Origin: a virus
Reading direction: 5' to 3' (one strand)
DNA: 64,000 nt
Virus record (IMG/VR): IMGVR_UViG_3300027833_000015
Span: 32,001 to 96,000 of that record
Under the pieces are notes generated by a model. That model was not told the origin of the DNA. It saw only the letters and a program-made list of their open reading frames with translations, and searched no databases. Shown piece by piece: positions 39,116-49,242 of the stretch (position 1 is its first letter; every line of letters begins with the position of its first letter). The translations under genes and the position numbers were made by a program.

Positions 39116-39123
39116 TATTTATA
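39116..39123 (-). promoter_or_regulatory. T4 late promoter TATAAATA
   Basis: Exact consensus upstream of gp8. Confidence 0.8.
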
Positions 39124-39145
39124 CTCTTCTCGGGAGCGTATAAAA

Positions 39146-42100
39146 TTATTGTTCAACCCAATCAGTACCGTCGAATAGATAAACATCACCATCCGTTTCG
39201 AGTCGGACAGGATGACCAGCAGCATATGTGCCTGTGCGCCAAGATTCTGTTCCACCTGTGCCGTCATCATAGTACCATTTCTCATTAAGATCACGAAGAC
39301 CAGTATTGACATCTATGTCCCATAATGTCTCTTCTGTCTTAATTCCCGCAGCGTCACCATTGAATATTTCTTCACTCACCATGAGGTTGTCCCTGTAGTA
39401 TTCTTGCTTGATACGGAAACCGCTGGTGTTATAATATATCTTGCGCGTGATCGGTGCGTTCAAGGTCGGTGTGTCCACTGCCTTGACAAAATTACGCTGG
39501 GTCACCAAACCATTCGCATAAATATCTTGCTGAGTCATTGCGAATAAAGCGTAGATGTTTGGCACTTCGCCTAAGTGAACCGTCGAAGATACCCCTGTTG
39601 CTGTTGCTGGATCCAATACAATTGCCTCGGTATTTCCGTCTGGGGAACTCCATATTTTGTAAGTCCAATCAAAATTGGCAGGTTTTGCTGACAGTACATC
39701 AATAGAATTACTTGTCGTTGTTACAATCAATTGGTTGCTGATTCTTCCTTTCAATCCACTGTGCTCTACCGCACGTGCGGTGTATGTACCAGCGTCTCCT
39801 ACAGAAACAGTAGTTCCGCTTATCGAAAGGGCACTACCGATTGGAACATTGTCTTTGAAGATCTCGTATCCTTTTGTTTCGTAGTGGTTTTCTCCAGGAA
39901 TAAGTTCAATCGAACCACCTTCTATCCGCAGATATGGGGAGTCTGGTAATCTAACAACCGAGACAAACAGGTCAGTTTGTCTTTGGTGTATAAGGTCGCC
40001 AGAATCAGGTTCAGCACCTGTGCCATCTGGGAATTTAGTAGCACTCATCCAATTTGGTGGGGTTCCAGTTCCCCTCAAGGCAGGTGGTATGAGACGAGAC
40101 TCTAGGTCGGTGATGATCTTATCTTTATCAATGCCACGTGCCTGTGTGCCCAATTCTCCTCGTGTAATTCCAGTGAAGGTAGTTGATGTTATGCCCGTAT
40201 ATCCTATGACTTCGCCATTGGGTGATGCTATATAACCACTTGTCGGGAACCCAGCAGTACTGCTAACATTTAATGGCGAAGTGCTTGTGGTGCTTGCCAC
40301 ATGAGTTGTGAGTCTAGTAGACTGGCCATTTTCAATATCAAAGTTGCTTACGAAAGCAACCTTGGTTCCATCTGGACTACCCTTTCCGTCGTAGTCCCAT
40401 GGTTCCGACTGGTCGCCTTGAGTGTTTCCATTAGCATCGAGTATAGGATATATGAGGCGTGTACGAGAAGCGGGAACGAATTTTGTGGCACCTGTTCTGA
40501 GGTCAAGAATTTTACCGTCACTAAAAATCCACCGACCGCTCTTGCCGCATGCGCCTGGATCTGACACACGAGAGTTTGCAAGTCGTTCCATGTTACTTGG
40601 CCACGGTTCGTCCCACTTACGACCAACCAATTGCTGGTTGCCGATCAGATGCCACATACCATCGCCAGACCAGCACTGGTGGCCATCGCCCAAGAAAGTT
40701 GTCGCCTTGCGGATGTTACCGCCATCAAGGTCAGACCAACTACGACTTTGCCCGAATGGTGCAGTAGTCTCGTTCTCTCCTGCTGTTTTATTTCTCATCA
40801 TAACAACAGGGCGGTTGACGTCGGGGTTGGGTAGTGGTCGCTTGCCAGATCCATCGCCCAACTGAGTCGGGATATTAACAGTTCCGTCATTTTCAAGTCG
40901 GACTGATTTATATTCTCCCGACAGTATCGGGTTGTGGACATTGATATCGTCCCAATCGCGGTAACGCTGAACACCATAGAGGTGTGAATCGTTTGCGCTA
41001 GTTTCACCCAAATTCTCTATACCATAACCGATAGTTTCTATAGTATCGGTCGCGACAGTGTATCGTTTAACTGCTGCACCTGAGTTGGATGATGTGTCAT
41101 ACTTCGCGCCACCTGTGTCGGTGTATTCGACGAAGAATAATGTGTTGTCGGTCTTGCCCCAGCGAGGTTCGGTACCAAAAGCAACAAATTGGTCGGAGTC
41201 ATTGGCCAAGTCTAGTAATCGTACTTGTCTTTGCCTGTCCAATGAACCGCTGGTCCATCTATCAACAAGCAGGTACTGGCCATCGTGACTCCAAGACTGA
41301 GTATTGTGATAGTTGTGGTAGTCTCTCATGGTTGGGTTGTTGGTCATCCTCCACATGGGTGATGCAATAGCGGTGTCGGGGTCAATGAATTCAGACCTGC
41401 TCAGCAACCCAGAAACAGTCAGGGTAGCAGTGACATCAATGGTGGGATCTGTTGACACTACGGTGCCACGTATGAGTAAGGAATGACCTCCCCCACTTCC
41501 GTCTCCCCCTGCAAATCGGTCATTGTACCCGTATATCGGAACATTTTCAATTGGGTGTACATAGTCGTAGTGCCAAACATCTTCGTCCATCAGGTTGATG
41601 ATGTTAGACATATCAATGTATGTCTCATCCATTGTACGAGCGTTGATGTCATCTGCGTTTGCCATATTCTCGTACTGGGTATGCCAGTTCGCCACTGTTT
41701 GTGGTTTGAATTGATCGTTAATACGAGACAGTACCTTATATCCATTTGGACCTGGACCAATCTCTGCATAGGAAGTTGAATGTAAACCCAGATTGTTCTG
41801 AGCAAGCATTACTCTTGCTGTTCCTTCTAATACGATAGGTGGCGGTGGTTGTATAATGGCATCTGGCATTGCTCCCAATCCACTACTGATCTGCCATATT
41901 GCACGCTGCGCGAGCGGAATGTCACGAATCATCAAGTAGGTAGACGACAATGCCACTTGGCCAGAGAGGTACATACCTGCTGGGTGGACGAATGTCTTAT
42001 ATGCTTCTTGCCATAAGTTGACAGACAATGGTGTTGAAACCAACAAACCATACAGTTGGTAGAATTTGTTATCAGTTATGCGCTTGTCCGTTACATCAGC

Positions 42101-42826
42101 ACCAATAGATGTAAAGGTAGATAAGTTTGTCTGTATGCGTATTGTTACTCCATCTGGAAGAACACCCGTTTGTGTGTTAACCACACCGAGAGCGGGATCG
42201 TCGTGTACGAGGAGGACAACCTTGTTGTTCGCGTAGTCAATTCTGAAGTGAACGCCTTCTAACAACTGGGCGGTCTTCGTCAGCGAGTCAGAGGGGTCAA
42301 CGTATGGGGTGGTGACTTCAACAGTACCATTCGGGAAAGTCAAATCGAAGTCTGAATCGGAAATAGAACCAGAACCAGTATACTCTACAGTTTCTGCTGT
42401 GGGTTCTCCCACGATAAACATTTCATCACGACCATAACCTACTTCGATGTCCACACCAAAGAAGATACGGAAGAATTGTTTGATCGAAAACTCAGTACCC
42501 TTCGACCGATACAACAGACTGGAGTACTGAAGAGCAGATCGTTTGTCGTTGAAAGACTCGAAGTATGGTTTGCCTAACAACAGTTCGTTGGATATGTATG
42601 AGAGAAATTCTTCTCTTGTTTGTACTATGTCCCGAGCGACCATCAGGTCTTTGATATCAGAGACAGGGTTTGATGAGTCTTCTAGACTCTTATAATATGC
42701 CTTGAGGAAAGCAACGAGTTTTGGATATCGTTCCAGATAGTGTTCAGGGAGAACAGTCTCGACTTCGTAGCGATCGAATTTAAGATCGCGACGATAGATA
42801 TCTGTTAGCGTTTTATCAAGGGACAT
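39146..42826 (-). CDS. gp7: Baseplate wedge gp7-like protein with a C-terminal beta-propeller extension
   Basis: N-terminal YPKLVAFLKAYY, LYRSKGTEFSIKQFFRIFFG, YKTFVHPAGMY; then a GGDGSGGG linker and WSHDG / WSGDG / SPDG propeller repeats. Confidence 0.75.
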   Translation of the reverse strand: MSLDKTLTDIYRRDLKFDRYEVETVLPEHYLERYPKLVAFLKAYYKSLEDSSNPVSDIKDLMVARDIVQTREEFLSYISNELLLGKPYFESFNDKRSALQYSSLLYRSKGTEFSIKQFFRIFFGVDIEVGYGRDEMFIVGEPTAETVEYTGSGSISDSDFDLTFPNGTVEVTTPYVDPSDSLTKTAQLLEGVHFRIDYANNKVVLLVHDDPALGVVNTQTGVLPDGVTIRIQTNLSTFTSIGADVTDKRITDNKFYQLYGLLVSTPLSVNLWQEAYKTFVHPAGMYLSGQVALSSTYLMIRDIPLAQRAIWQISSGLGAMPDAIIQPPPPIVLEGTARVMLAQNNLGLHSTSYAEIGPGPNGYKVLSRINDQFKPQTVANWHTQYENMANADDINARTMDETYIDMSNIINLMDEDVWHYDYVHPIENVPIYGYNDRFAGGDGSGGGHSLLIRGTVVSTDPTIDVTATLTVSGLLSRSEFIDPDTAIASPMWRMTNNPTMRDYHNYHNTQSWSHDGQYLLVDRWTSGSLDRQRQVRLLDLANDSDQFVAFGTEPRWGKTDNTLFFVEYTDTGGAKYDTSSNSGAAVKRYTVATDTIETIGYGIENLGETSANDSHLYGVQRYRDWDDINVHNPILSGEYKSVRLENDGTVNIPTQLGDGSGKRPLPNPDVNRPVVMMRNKTAGENETTAPFGQSRSWSDLDGGNIRKATTFLGDGHQCWSGDGMWHLIGNQQLVGRKWDEPWPSNMERLANSRVSDPGACGKSGRWIFSDGKILDLRTGATKFVPASRTRLIYPILDANGNTQGDQSEPWDYDGKGSPDGTKVAFVSNFDIENGQSTRLTTHVASTTSTSPLNVSSTAGFPTSGYIASPNGEVIGYTGITSTTFTGITRGELGTQARGIDKDKIITDLESRLIPPALRGTGTPPNWMSATKFPDGTGAEPDSGDLIHQRQTDLFVSVVRLPDSPYLRIEGGSIELIPGENHYETKGYEIFKDNVPIGSALSISGTTVSVGDAGTYTARAVEHSGLKGRISNQLIVTTTSNSIDVLSAKPANFDWTYKIWSSPDGNTEAIVLDPATATGVSSTVHLGEVPNIYALFAMTQQDIYANGLVTQRNFVKAVDTPTLNAPITRKIYYNTSGFRIKQEYYRDNLMVSEEIFNGDAAGIKTEETLWDIDVNTGLRDLNEKWYYDDGTGGTESWRTGTYAAGHPVRLETDGDVYLFDGTDWVEQ

Positions 42827-42831
42827 ATATT

Positions 42832-44736
42832 CTACCTAGTGTCGACAATTACTGCTTGAGTGAATGATTGGTCTGCATCATACTTCACGATATTATTCCG
42901 CACAGAGTTAATAACAGACTGGTTGGCAGGAACTGCGAATACCTTTATATAGTTCACCGAGTTGGGCACTGATTGCACAGTCAGTGATGTGATAGTCACG
43001 TTGCCTGTTAACTTATCATATGACCCCACGTTGTCGAGAACAATTTCGCCTTCTGTATCAATCATCTCAAGAGTGTTTGTTGCCTGTACTTGAAAGATGA
43101 CAGGGGTCACACCTGGACCAGAGATCTGAGTCCTTTGATCGAGTTTGTTTCGTATTGTGACAGTCTTGTTCTCATAAGAAAACTGCGAAGAGTATACGGA
43201 CGCAGAAGTAGATTGTTGGGCATCCCTTATAGGTGTTGGGAAAGAAACTGTATAGTCTCTTGTTGTTGCCAACTGTGGAACAATGCGTCTGTTGATAATA
43301 ACGTTCGCGCGAGATGATAACACAGAAGGATCCGTGGCATCGATATCAGTCAGTAAGTTGGACAGGCGAAATACTTGGGCAAACTTTCCTGTATTCTCTA
43401 TGAAGTAATCAGCAATAGACTGATCGACTGCTGCGCGAATGGAAGACGGAGACGCTCCAGACAGTGCAGGGTTGAACTGAAAGAACACCTCAGTAGAAAT
43501 ATATGTTACGACAGGGTCGGTGAATGTCAAAGAGAAAGAAGCAATCTGAAACTGGTCAGCAAGTGCAATAATGCCTTGTCGCGTGTTAGAGATTGCTGTG
43601 GCATTAAGGTTCTCTTTCCATACAATGGAAGTGAACACCGTACCGTAATCAGGTTCTGGGTTATCTTCACCACCCCAAGACTGAATGTCGGTGATGAATG
43701 TCGAATACTTCTTCAGTATCAGTGTAGAGTAGTCGTCAGAAGTTACCATTCTATTCTGTGCAGCAAACTGGTATGGTGCGTTCTTACGAATCGACTCAAT
43801 ACCTTCTTTTTCACCACCACCTGCTGCTCTCTGTATAACACTCACGGATAAATTATTCGGTGGAATTATAACCGAACCCAGTTTCACGTCAGATATAACT
43901 TCTACTGAAGAGATACCATTCGCCAAGTCTCCAGAGGTTCGAAGATAATCTACTTCGACAACCTGTCCTCCAGTCGGTGCAACACCAAGGGAAGTGCCAT
44001 TACCAAAAGACACTTCATAGTATGCATTGGGCGATTCGCGAAGAACATATAACCGAGAGGTAGAACTAACTGTTGATGCGTCAAGCAGATTTGTGTATAA
44101 GGAGAACTCACCACCATCTGTGATGGCAGAACTTTGGTCTTCAAACACTTTTATGATTGCTGTTGCAATATCAATTTCTTGGTCAGGAAGAACATAGACA
44201 GCATCGTTCGAATTACCGACTATAAATTGTAGACTGCGGTTGTCACCTTCGTGAAGTACGATTGGATTGTCTGGTGATGCTACAGGAAAAAATGTATAGA
44301 TGCCATTACTTCTTGTTGCTTTAAGGGCGAGTCTATTAGAGAACGTATAGTCAATGTCGTCTCTCGTTCCACGACAAATCAGTTCTCCAGGTTGTATAGA
44401 ATAGTTTTCGTCAAGTGATGGGATACCAACAGCATTCACTGCAAATGATATAGTCATTTCTGATGACTTCTTGGAGTCAGGAATATAACCCAATGACTCG
44501 GAAAGGGATATGACAGAAGGACGCAACTGTGCGGTGACAAGGAAAGATTCGTTCAGCGCAAAGTTTGTTTGCAATGCATTGTAGTGCGTGTTGTATGCAA
44601 GAACGTCGAGCACACTGCTTATGCCAGAACCCTCAAAGTCGTAGTCGTTGAATTCTCCAGTCGTCTTCAGGTACGTCTTGAGGTTTTCTTTGATCGTCTG
44701 AAAGTCTAGTTCAGTTGATTTGATTGTTGTGGTCAT
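42832..44736 (-). CDS. gp6: Baseplate wedge gp6
   Basis: LDFQTIKENLK, DYDFEGS, LDVLAYNTHY, NESFLVTAQLR, AQNRMVTSDDY, WGGEDN. Confidence 0.95.
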   Translation of the reverse strand: MTTTIKSTELDFQTIKENLKTYLKTTGEFNDYDFEGSGISSVLDVLAYNTHYNALQTNFALNESFLVTAQLRPSVISLSESLGYIPDSKKSSEMTISFAVNAVGIPSLDENYSIQPGELICRGTRDDIDYTFSNRLALKATRSNGIYTFFPVASPDNPIVLHEGDNRSLQFIVGNSNDAVYVLPDQEIDIATAIIKVFEDQSSAITDGGEFSLYTNLLDASTVSSTSRLYVLRESPNAYYEVSFGNGTSLGVAPTGGQVVEVDYLRTSGDLANGISSVEVISDVKLGSVIIPPNNLSVSVIQRAAGGGEKEGIESIRKNAPYQFAAQNRMVTSDDYSTLILKKYSTFITDIQSWGGEDNPEPDYGTVFTSIVWKENLNATAISNTRQGIIALADQFQIASFSLTFTDPVVTYISTEVFFQFNPALSGASPSSIRAAVDQSIADYFIENTGKFAQVFRLSNLLTDIDATDPSVLSSRANVIINRRIVPQLATTRDYTVSFPTPIRDAQQSTSASVYSSQFSYENKTVTIRNKLDQRTQISGPGVTPVIFQVQATNTLEMIDTEGEIVLDNVGSYDKLTGNVTITSLTVQSVPNSVNYIKVFAVPANQSVINSVRNNIVKYDADQSFTQAVIVDTR

Positions 44737-45230
44737 TATCGAAACCTATTTAGATTAATGGTCGTTGTGAATCCATTATTATTTATTGTCAGTTCAACTA
44801 TGATGCGGACAGTATTGAGTACACGTTCGCCAAAGTTTGAGATACCCTGCTCTATAAGTTGATCACCAACGTAGTATTGTACCTTTTCTACATGCGCCCT
44901 TGGTTCCCAGCGTTTGATTTCTGTTTCTATTCTGGTTGTCAGTACAGATTCTGAGAAGTTAAGGTGCATATCAAAGAGCATTGCAGATATGTTTGCACCA
45001 AACGTTGGTTCGAATGGTTTTTCAAGGGTGTTTGTCATTAGGATATTTTGCACTGCTTGTTCAACAGCGCGGATATCTAACTTTTTATATATGTCTCCAG
45101 TGTATACACCATTCTCATCTGGACTACCCGTCTTGGGGGTGAACGAAAGGTCGATGTCAGAATAAAATTTCTTCTTCGTTGTAACCTTTGTCGACGGTGT
45201 CAGTCCAGGTGATATTCTTTGTAGTGCCAT
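44736..45230 (-). CDS. gp25: Baseplate wedge gp25
   Basis: YSDIDLSF, AVEQAVQNILMTN...EKPFEPTFG, WEPR. Confidence 0.9.
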   Translation of the reverse strand: MALQRISPGLTPSTKVTTKKKFYSDIDLSFTPKTGSPDENGVYTGDIYKKLDIRAVEQAVQNILMTNTLEKPFEPTFGANISAMLFDMHLNFSESVLTTRIETEIKRWEPRAHVEKVQYYVGDQLIEQGISNFGERVLNTVRIIVELTINNNGFTTTINLNRFR

Positions 45231-45257
45231 GGTGCGCTCCAGTTGATCTACTGGATC

Positions 45258-45265
45258 TATTTATA
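45258..45265 (-). promoter_or_regulatory. T4 late promoter TATAAATA for gp25-6-7
   Basis: Exact consensus. Confidence 0.8.
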
Positions 45266-45276
45266 CGCCTTCCAAC

Positions 45277-47721
45277 CTATGTTTCACCTATGTGAACAAG
45301 TTCGTTGCTCGAGTAGACTTTGCGGTTGAAATACGTGCACGCATACATACGATAAATTGCCTCAAAAGAAGGAGTCACTTCTGGCATGATAACGATCAAC
45401 TGTTGAGTCATTGTTCCATCTGGACGAGTTGTATCGTAATCCAATGACAACTGCTCATAGAACAGGTGGTCGCGAATGTATAATGCGAGGTCATATGTTG
45501 CTGCAAAATCGATCTTACCATGAGCATCATATAATGTGTACACAACCGCACGACCACTGTGCTTCAATTCACTTATGGTTTGTGGTATCGTGTTTCGAGA
45601 TTTTTGTATTTGCAAACCACCCAACTCATACTTAAATGGTTCTGTCCAGTATCGAGATCTCGTCGAAACTGATGGGTCGTACTGTTCGCGAATACCAGTG
45701 GCAGGTTTGTAATACCCTTCGGTAACTTGTAATCGATACGATGAGAATTCCTTTACAGCAGCGACTGCTTCCATCAACTCTGCATGCAAGTACCATTGCC
45801 GTGCAAGGTTTTGTCTGTCAGTAAGCATTGGTACTGAATCAATGGAGCACTTAGATCCAGGTGCACCAAAGAATTTAGATATAGTCGTTGACCTAGACAA
45901 CTTGGTCGAACTACTTATTGGGGCAGTTTGCGTGTCTGGGTTGTATATTGGATCTGCGACTATAGTCCGTGTGACTCCCTTTCTATTTTTTGGCATGAAT
46001 GTCTTTGAAATCCTTTCTATTGGATTACCAAGGAGAGTCTTACCGAACGCAGGAGTGGGAGATGCACCGCTGCGTCTCAACACGCCATAAGTTCCTGTAG
46101 GTGAACCTAAGAAATATCTCGGGTTCAATCTATTTTCAGTCACAAGGGAAACGATGCATTGTTCCCCATTAAGTTGGCCATCTGGTGCCGACTTACTATC
46201 CTGAGCACCCTCAAGAGTCCTCAGTTTCGAGCGTATCTCTGCTGTACTTGGAGTGTGCTTGAAGTAATGTGTATACTGATCGAGTTTAGATATCTTATTT
46301 TCAATAGTGTTATCCTTATCGACAACAACTTGCCGCACAGCATACGGTGAAATTTTATTCCACAATTCCCACCAGTTTCTTGTAGTGCTGAATTCATATG
46401 GAGTATCTACCCCACAGCGTGCTTTAGCAAGATCGTGGGAGGTGTCCAAGTCTTCATGGTTGAAGATCATGTATCGTATGTCTTCGTCCCAGAACATTTG
46501 ATACACGGGCGTTTCATAATTTTTATATTCTGACTCCCCGATAAAATCCTGTATGTCTGGCAGGTTAGAATATCCCTCATAAGGTTTTGAAACCGCATCG
46601 ATTATAATTTGCGCTGCTGTGCCTGCTTCGCCAGTGCTATCAGGAGTTGCTGATACCGCAAGTGCCGCTGACCCTGCTATTGCAGCAGATGTGGCATAAA
46701 TTGAATGCAGTGCTTCTGTTGCCATAAGTGAACGGTGAGCAGATTGTGCGTACTGAGCAAAATTAGATGTGTGTGCCTCGGACGCTTTGCCTATGAGGTT
46801 GCCTTGGAATACAGTTTTTCTACCGTTGTCATCGTCTGGACCAGTGTATAGTTTGCCAGTGTATATGAAATTCTCACCACCAATCTTTCCCGTTGCTCCT
46901 GTGACGACAACGTCATCACCAGAGATAACAGTGTTCGCACCAGATGAGGTAGTGAATTTCTGTTGTGCTGTGAATCGATTGTGTCTGGCAGAGTTCACAA
47001 TGAAGTCTCTGGCACTAATCATCCGTATGTCTTTCTTCGAAACAAATTTCACTTCCGAAGAATAGAAGTTAAACACGTCACCCCAGACCTTCACGTCTTG
47101 GTTGCCACGAACCAGTGTGCTGTGTATGTCAGCAACTTCTGTCAGGTGAGATCCGTTTACAGTGTGGTTGAAGTTTGCACCAACCCTCAAGTTATACGTG
47201 CCGCCCACGTCGACATTGTAGTCGCCATTGACAGTCAGGTTCAGGTCACCGTTGTATGTCAGGTTTCCTGCTCCACTTACGACCAACTCATGGTCTGCTC
47301 CAACAACCTGGATTTGGTGTGAACGTGATGCAATGGCAACAGAACCGTCTTGCTTCAACTCTACACCAGCACCTGTGTGGTGCTTGATCAGTATGCGCTC
47401 GTTTCCTGGAGTGTCGTCAATCTCGAACGAGTGGCCAGAAGGAGTGGTGTTTGCTTGGTTGAATGGATATATCGAAGACGTGGCGAATGGAACGTCAAAA
47501 CTGACACCCATAGTTGATCCACCCATCCAGAGATCGTTTATAATAATCCCACGAGCAGCACCACTTACGCTTGACTGGAACCAGTTATCTCTTTTCGGAT
47601 ATTCACCAGTCGGGTCAGCGTATCCATCTTGTGGGACGCCTGTAGTAGACTCTGCTTCGATCCCCCACACCCCTGCAGAAGTGTTTAGACGATCACCAAT
47701 CTTTGAATTATTCGTTGTCAA
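45277..47721 (-). CDS. gp5 C-terminal part: beta-helix spike plus degenerate peptidase-M15-like domain
   Basis: DPTGEYP, YPFNQANTTPSGHSFEIDDTPGNERI, VxGx beta-helix repeats; C-terminal VTEGYY and SGRAV; TTG start. Confidence 0.8.
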   Translation of the reverse strand: MTTNNSKIGDRLNTSAGVWGIEAESTTGVPQDGYADPTGEYPKRDNWFQSSVSGAARGIIINDLWMGGSTMGVSFDVPFATSSIYPFNQANTTPSGHSFEIDDTPGNERILIKHHTGAGVELKQDGSVAIASRSHQIQVVGADHELVVSGAGNLTYNGDLNLTVNGDYNVDVGGTYNLRVGANFNHTVNGSHLTEVADIHSTLVRGNQDVKVWGDVFNFYSSEVKFVSKKDIRMISARDFIVNSARHNRFTAQQKFTTSSGANTVISGDDVVVTGATGKIGGENFIYTGKLYTGPDDDNGRKTVFQGNLIGKASEAHTSNFAQYAQSAHRSLMATEALHSIYATSAAIAGSAALAVSATPDSTGEAGTAAQIIIDAVSKPYEGYSNLPDIQDFIGESEYKNYETPVYQMFWDEDIRYMIFNHEDLDTSHDLAKARCGVDTPYEFSTTRNWWELWNKISPYAVRQVVVDKDNTIENKISKLDQYTHYFKHTPSTAEIRSKLRTLEGAQDSKSAPDGQLNGEQCIVSLVTENRLNPRYFLGSPTGTYGVLRRSGASPTPAFGKTLLGNPIERISKTFMPKNRKGVTRTIVADPIYNPDTQTAPISSSTKLSRSTTISKFFGAPGSKCSIDSVPMLTDRQNLARQWYLHAELMEAVAAVKEFSSYRLQVTEGYYKPATGIREQYDPSVSTRSRYWTEPFKYELGGLQIQKSRNTIPQTISELKHSGRAVVYTLYDAHGKIDFAATYDLALYIRDHLFYEQLSLDYDTTRPDGTMTQQLIVIMPEVTPSFEAIYRMYACTYFNRKVYSSNELVHIGET

Positions 47722-49226
47722 AAGTTTTGCTCCACTATATCGATATTCTTATTTAGTGGTTCTAGAGTACTGGATATCCCTTTGCCCTCGAGTATCTCAA
47801 GGAGGTCTGTCGGAGACAGTGCTGACTGTTCGTATGAATTACTGTACATAGTTTGTTTACTGAAGTTATTTAAAGCATACTCTCTCACGTCAAATCCAGG
47901 GTCTACCTGCTCAGGGTCAATGTCCATGTGACCCAGAACCTGACCTCCAGGAAAATGGACAAAGAAAGTTTGCATTATTTGATAGAACGAATTATACTGA
48001 GACAGAGTCAGTGAACGGGCAGAAGCAACTTCGTACAGATCGTCAGAACCACTCGACACATTAAGACCTCCGACAAAACAAACACCAATAGAATATGCGT
48101 TATGGTTGTTGGTGGGGCAGTGTCTGCCTGGATAGTTTAAAGGCATCCCGCGTTCCACAGAACCATCCCTGCGGATGAGCAGGTGGTATGTATACTGGTC
48201 ATCATACATACTGAATCCGTTTAGGTATGCATTGGTGTATGTCTCCGTCCAATGCACGATCATCTCACTGACAGGTCTTGTGATGGTCGCCATGTCAGCA
48301 GAGAGTTCTTCAACAGAAGTAATGTCCTGTGAAAATTCTAAGTAGAACTCATTACCATCTACCACATATGGGTTGGGTCCAGGAAGTGGGGTTTCCTGAC
48401 TGATGGTGCCTGCGATGGTGCCTCTTGTTTGTGCCGAGGTATCCTTTAGTTGCCGTATAGATGCAGGAGACCCAGACGCCTGCTTCACATATATGGCAAC
48501 CAGTTCATCTCTTCCCTCACCCGAAAGTGTATCCAAGTCGAGGGCAAGTGGTGGTGGTTCTATGTCTGATGTGGGGTCTGGAATCAGCGTATCGCTGAAA
48601 AATGGGTTTGTCAGTGATGCTGGGGGCAGGTTAGGGATATCTCGTAATGGTTGAATAAAACCACTTCCCTCCATGAACGTGTATATGACATCTGCGGATA
48701 CTTTACTCAACTCTGATACTGATAAAATACCGCTGAATGATGATGAGATAAGCAACCTTGTGCCGCCAGTCAACTCCTCGGTTATCGATGCGAGTTGGTC
48801 GCTGATGCCGAATGCGCCAAGTACCGCATCAAACCCACCTGTGACTGCCAGTAGTTTTTGCTCATACAGGTTCACAAAACCATCAAGTTGATTTGTTATG
48901 ATAGCATCAACATTGAAGTCGCCTGCATTGATTGAACCGAATACGCTGTTCGACTGTAACACAGCAGACAGGGATTCTTTTGTCAAGGAAGGTGTGAAAG
49001 GCAACATCATATCTGCGACAGTGGTATACATTTCCAGAGGAATGTTTCCTGCGATGTCAGGGTCGAGACCCTTCATCACACCTGCCACATAACTGGCGAT
49101 TCCAGTGCGCACTGATTCGGGCATCGTGCCGCCACTCAAAGATGCGATGTTGTCCGCAGTCCCTTTGGCATTCTGTATGCCAGTTGCGACCATATTATTG
49201 AGGTTTGATTGAAAGGGTATTGCCAT
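47718..49226 (-). CDS. Virion-associated N-acetylmuramoyl-L-alanine amidase (T7-lysozyme/Amidase_2 type) with long N-terminal extension
   Basis: IVHWT, YHLLIRRDGSVERG, HNAYSIGVCFVGG, VLGHMDIDPEQVDPGFDV. Confidence 0.85.
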   Translation of the reverse strand: MAIPFQSNLNNMVATGIQNAKGTADNIASLSGGTMPESVRTGIASYVAGVMKGLDPDIAGNIPLEMYTTVADMMLPFTPSLTKESLSAVLQSNSVFGSINAGDFNVDAIITNQLDGFVNLYEQKLLAVTGGFDAVLGAFGISDQLASITEELTGGTRLLISSSFSGILSVSELSKVSADVIYTFMEGSGFIQPLRDIPNLPPASLTNPFFSDTLIPDPTSDIEPPPLALDLDTLSGEGRDELVAIYVKQASGSPASIRQLKDTSAQTRGTIAGTISQETPLPGPNPYVVDGNEFYLEFSQDITSVEELSADMATITRPVSEMIVHWTETYTNAYLNGFSMYDDQYTYHLLIRRDGSVERGMPLNYPGRHCPTNNHNAYSIGVCFVGGLNVSSGSDDLYEVASARSLTLSQYNSFYQIMQTFFVHFPGGQVLGHMDIDPEQVDPGFDVREYALNNFSKQTMYSNSYEQSALSPTDLLEILEGKGISSTLEPLNKNIDIVEQNF

Positions 49227-49242
49227 GATTGTGCCTAATCTA

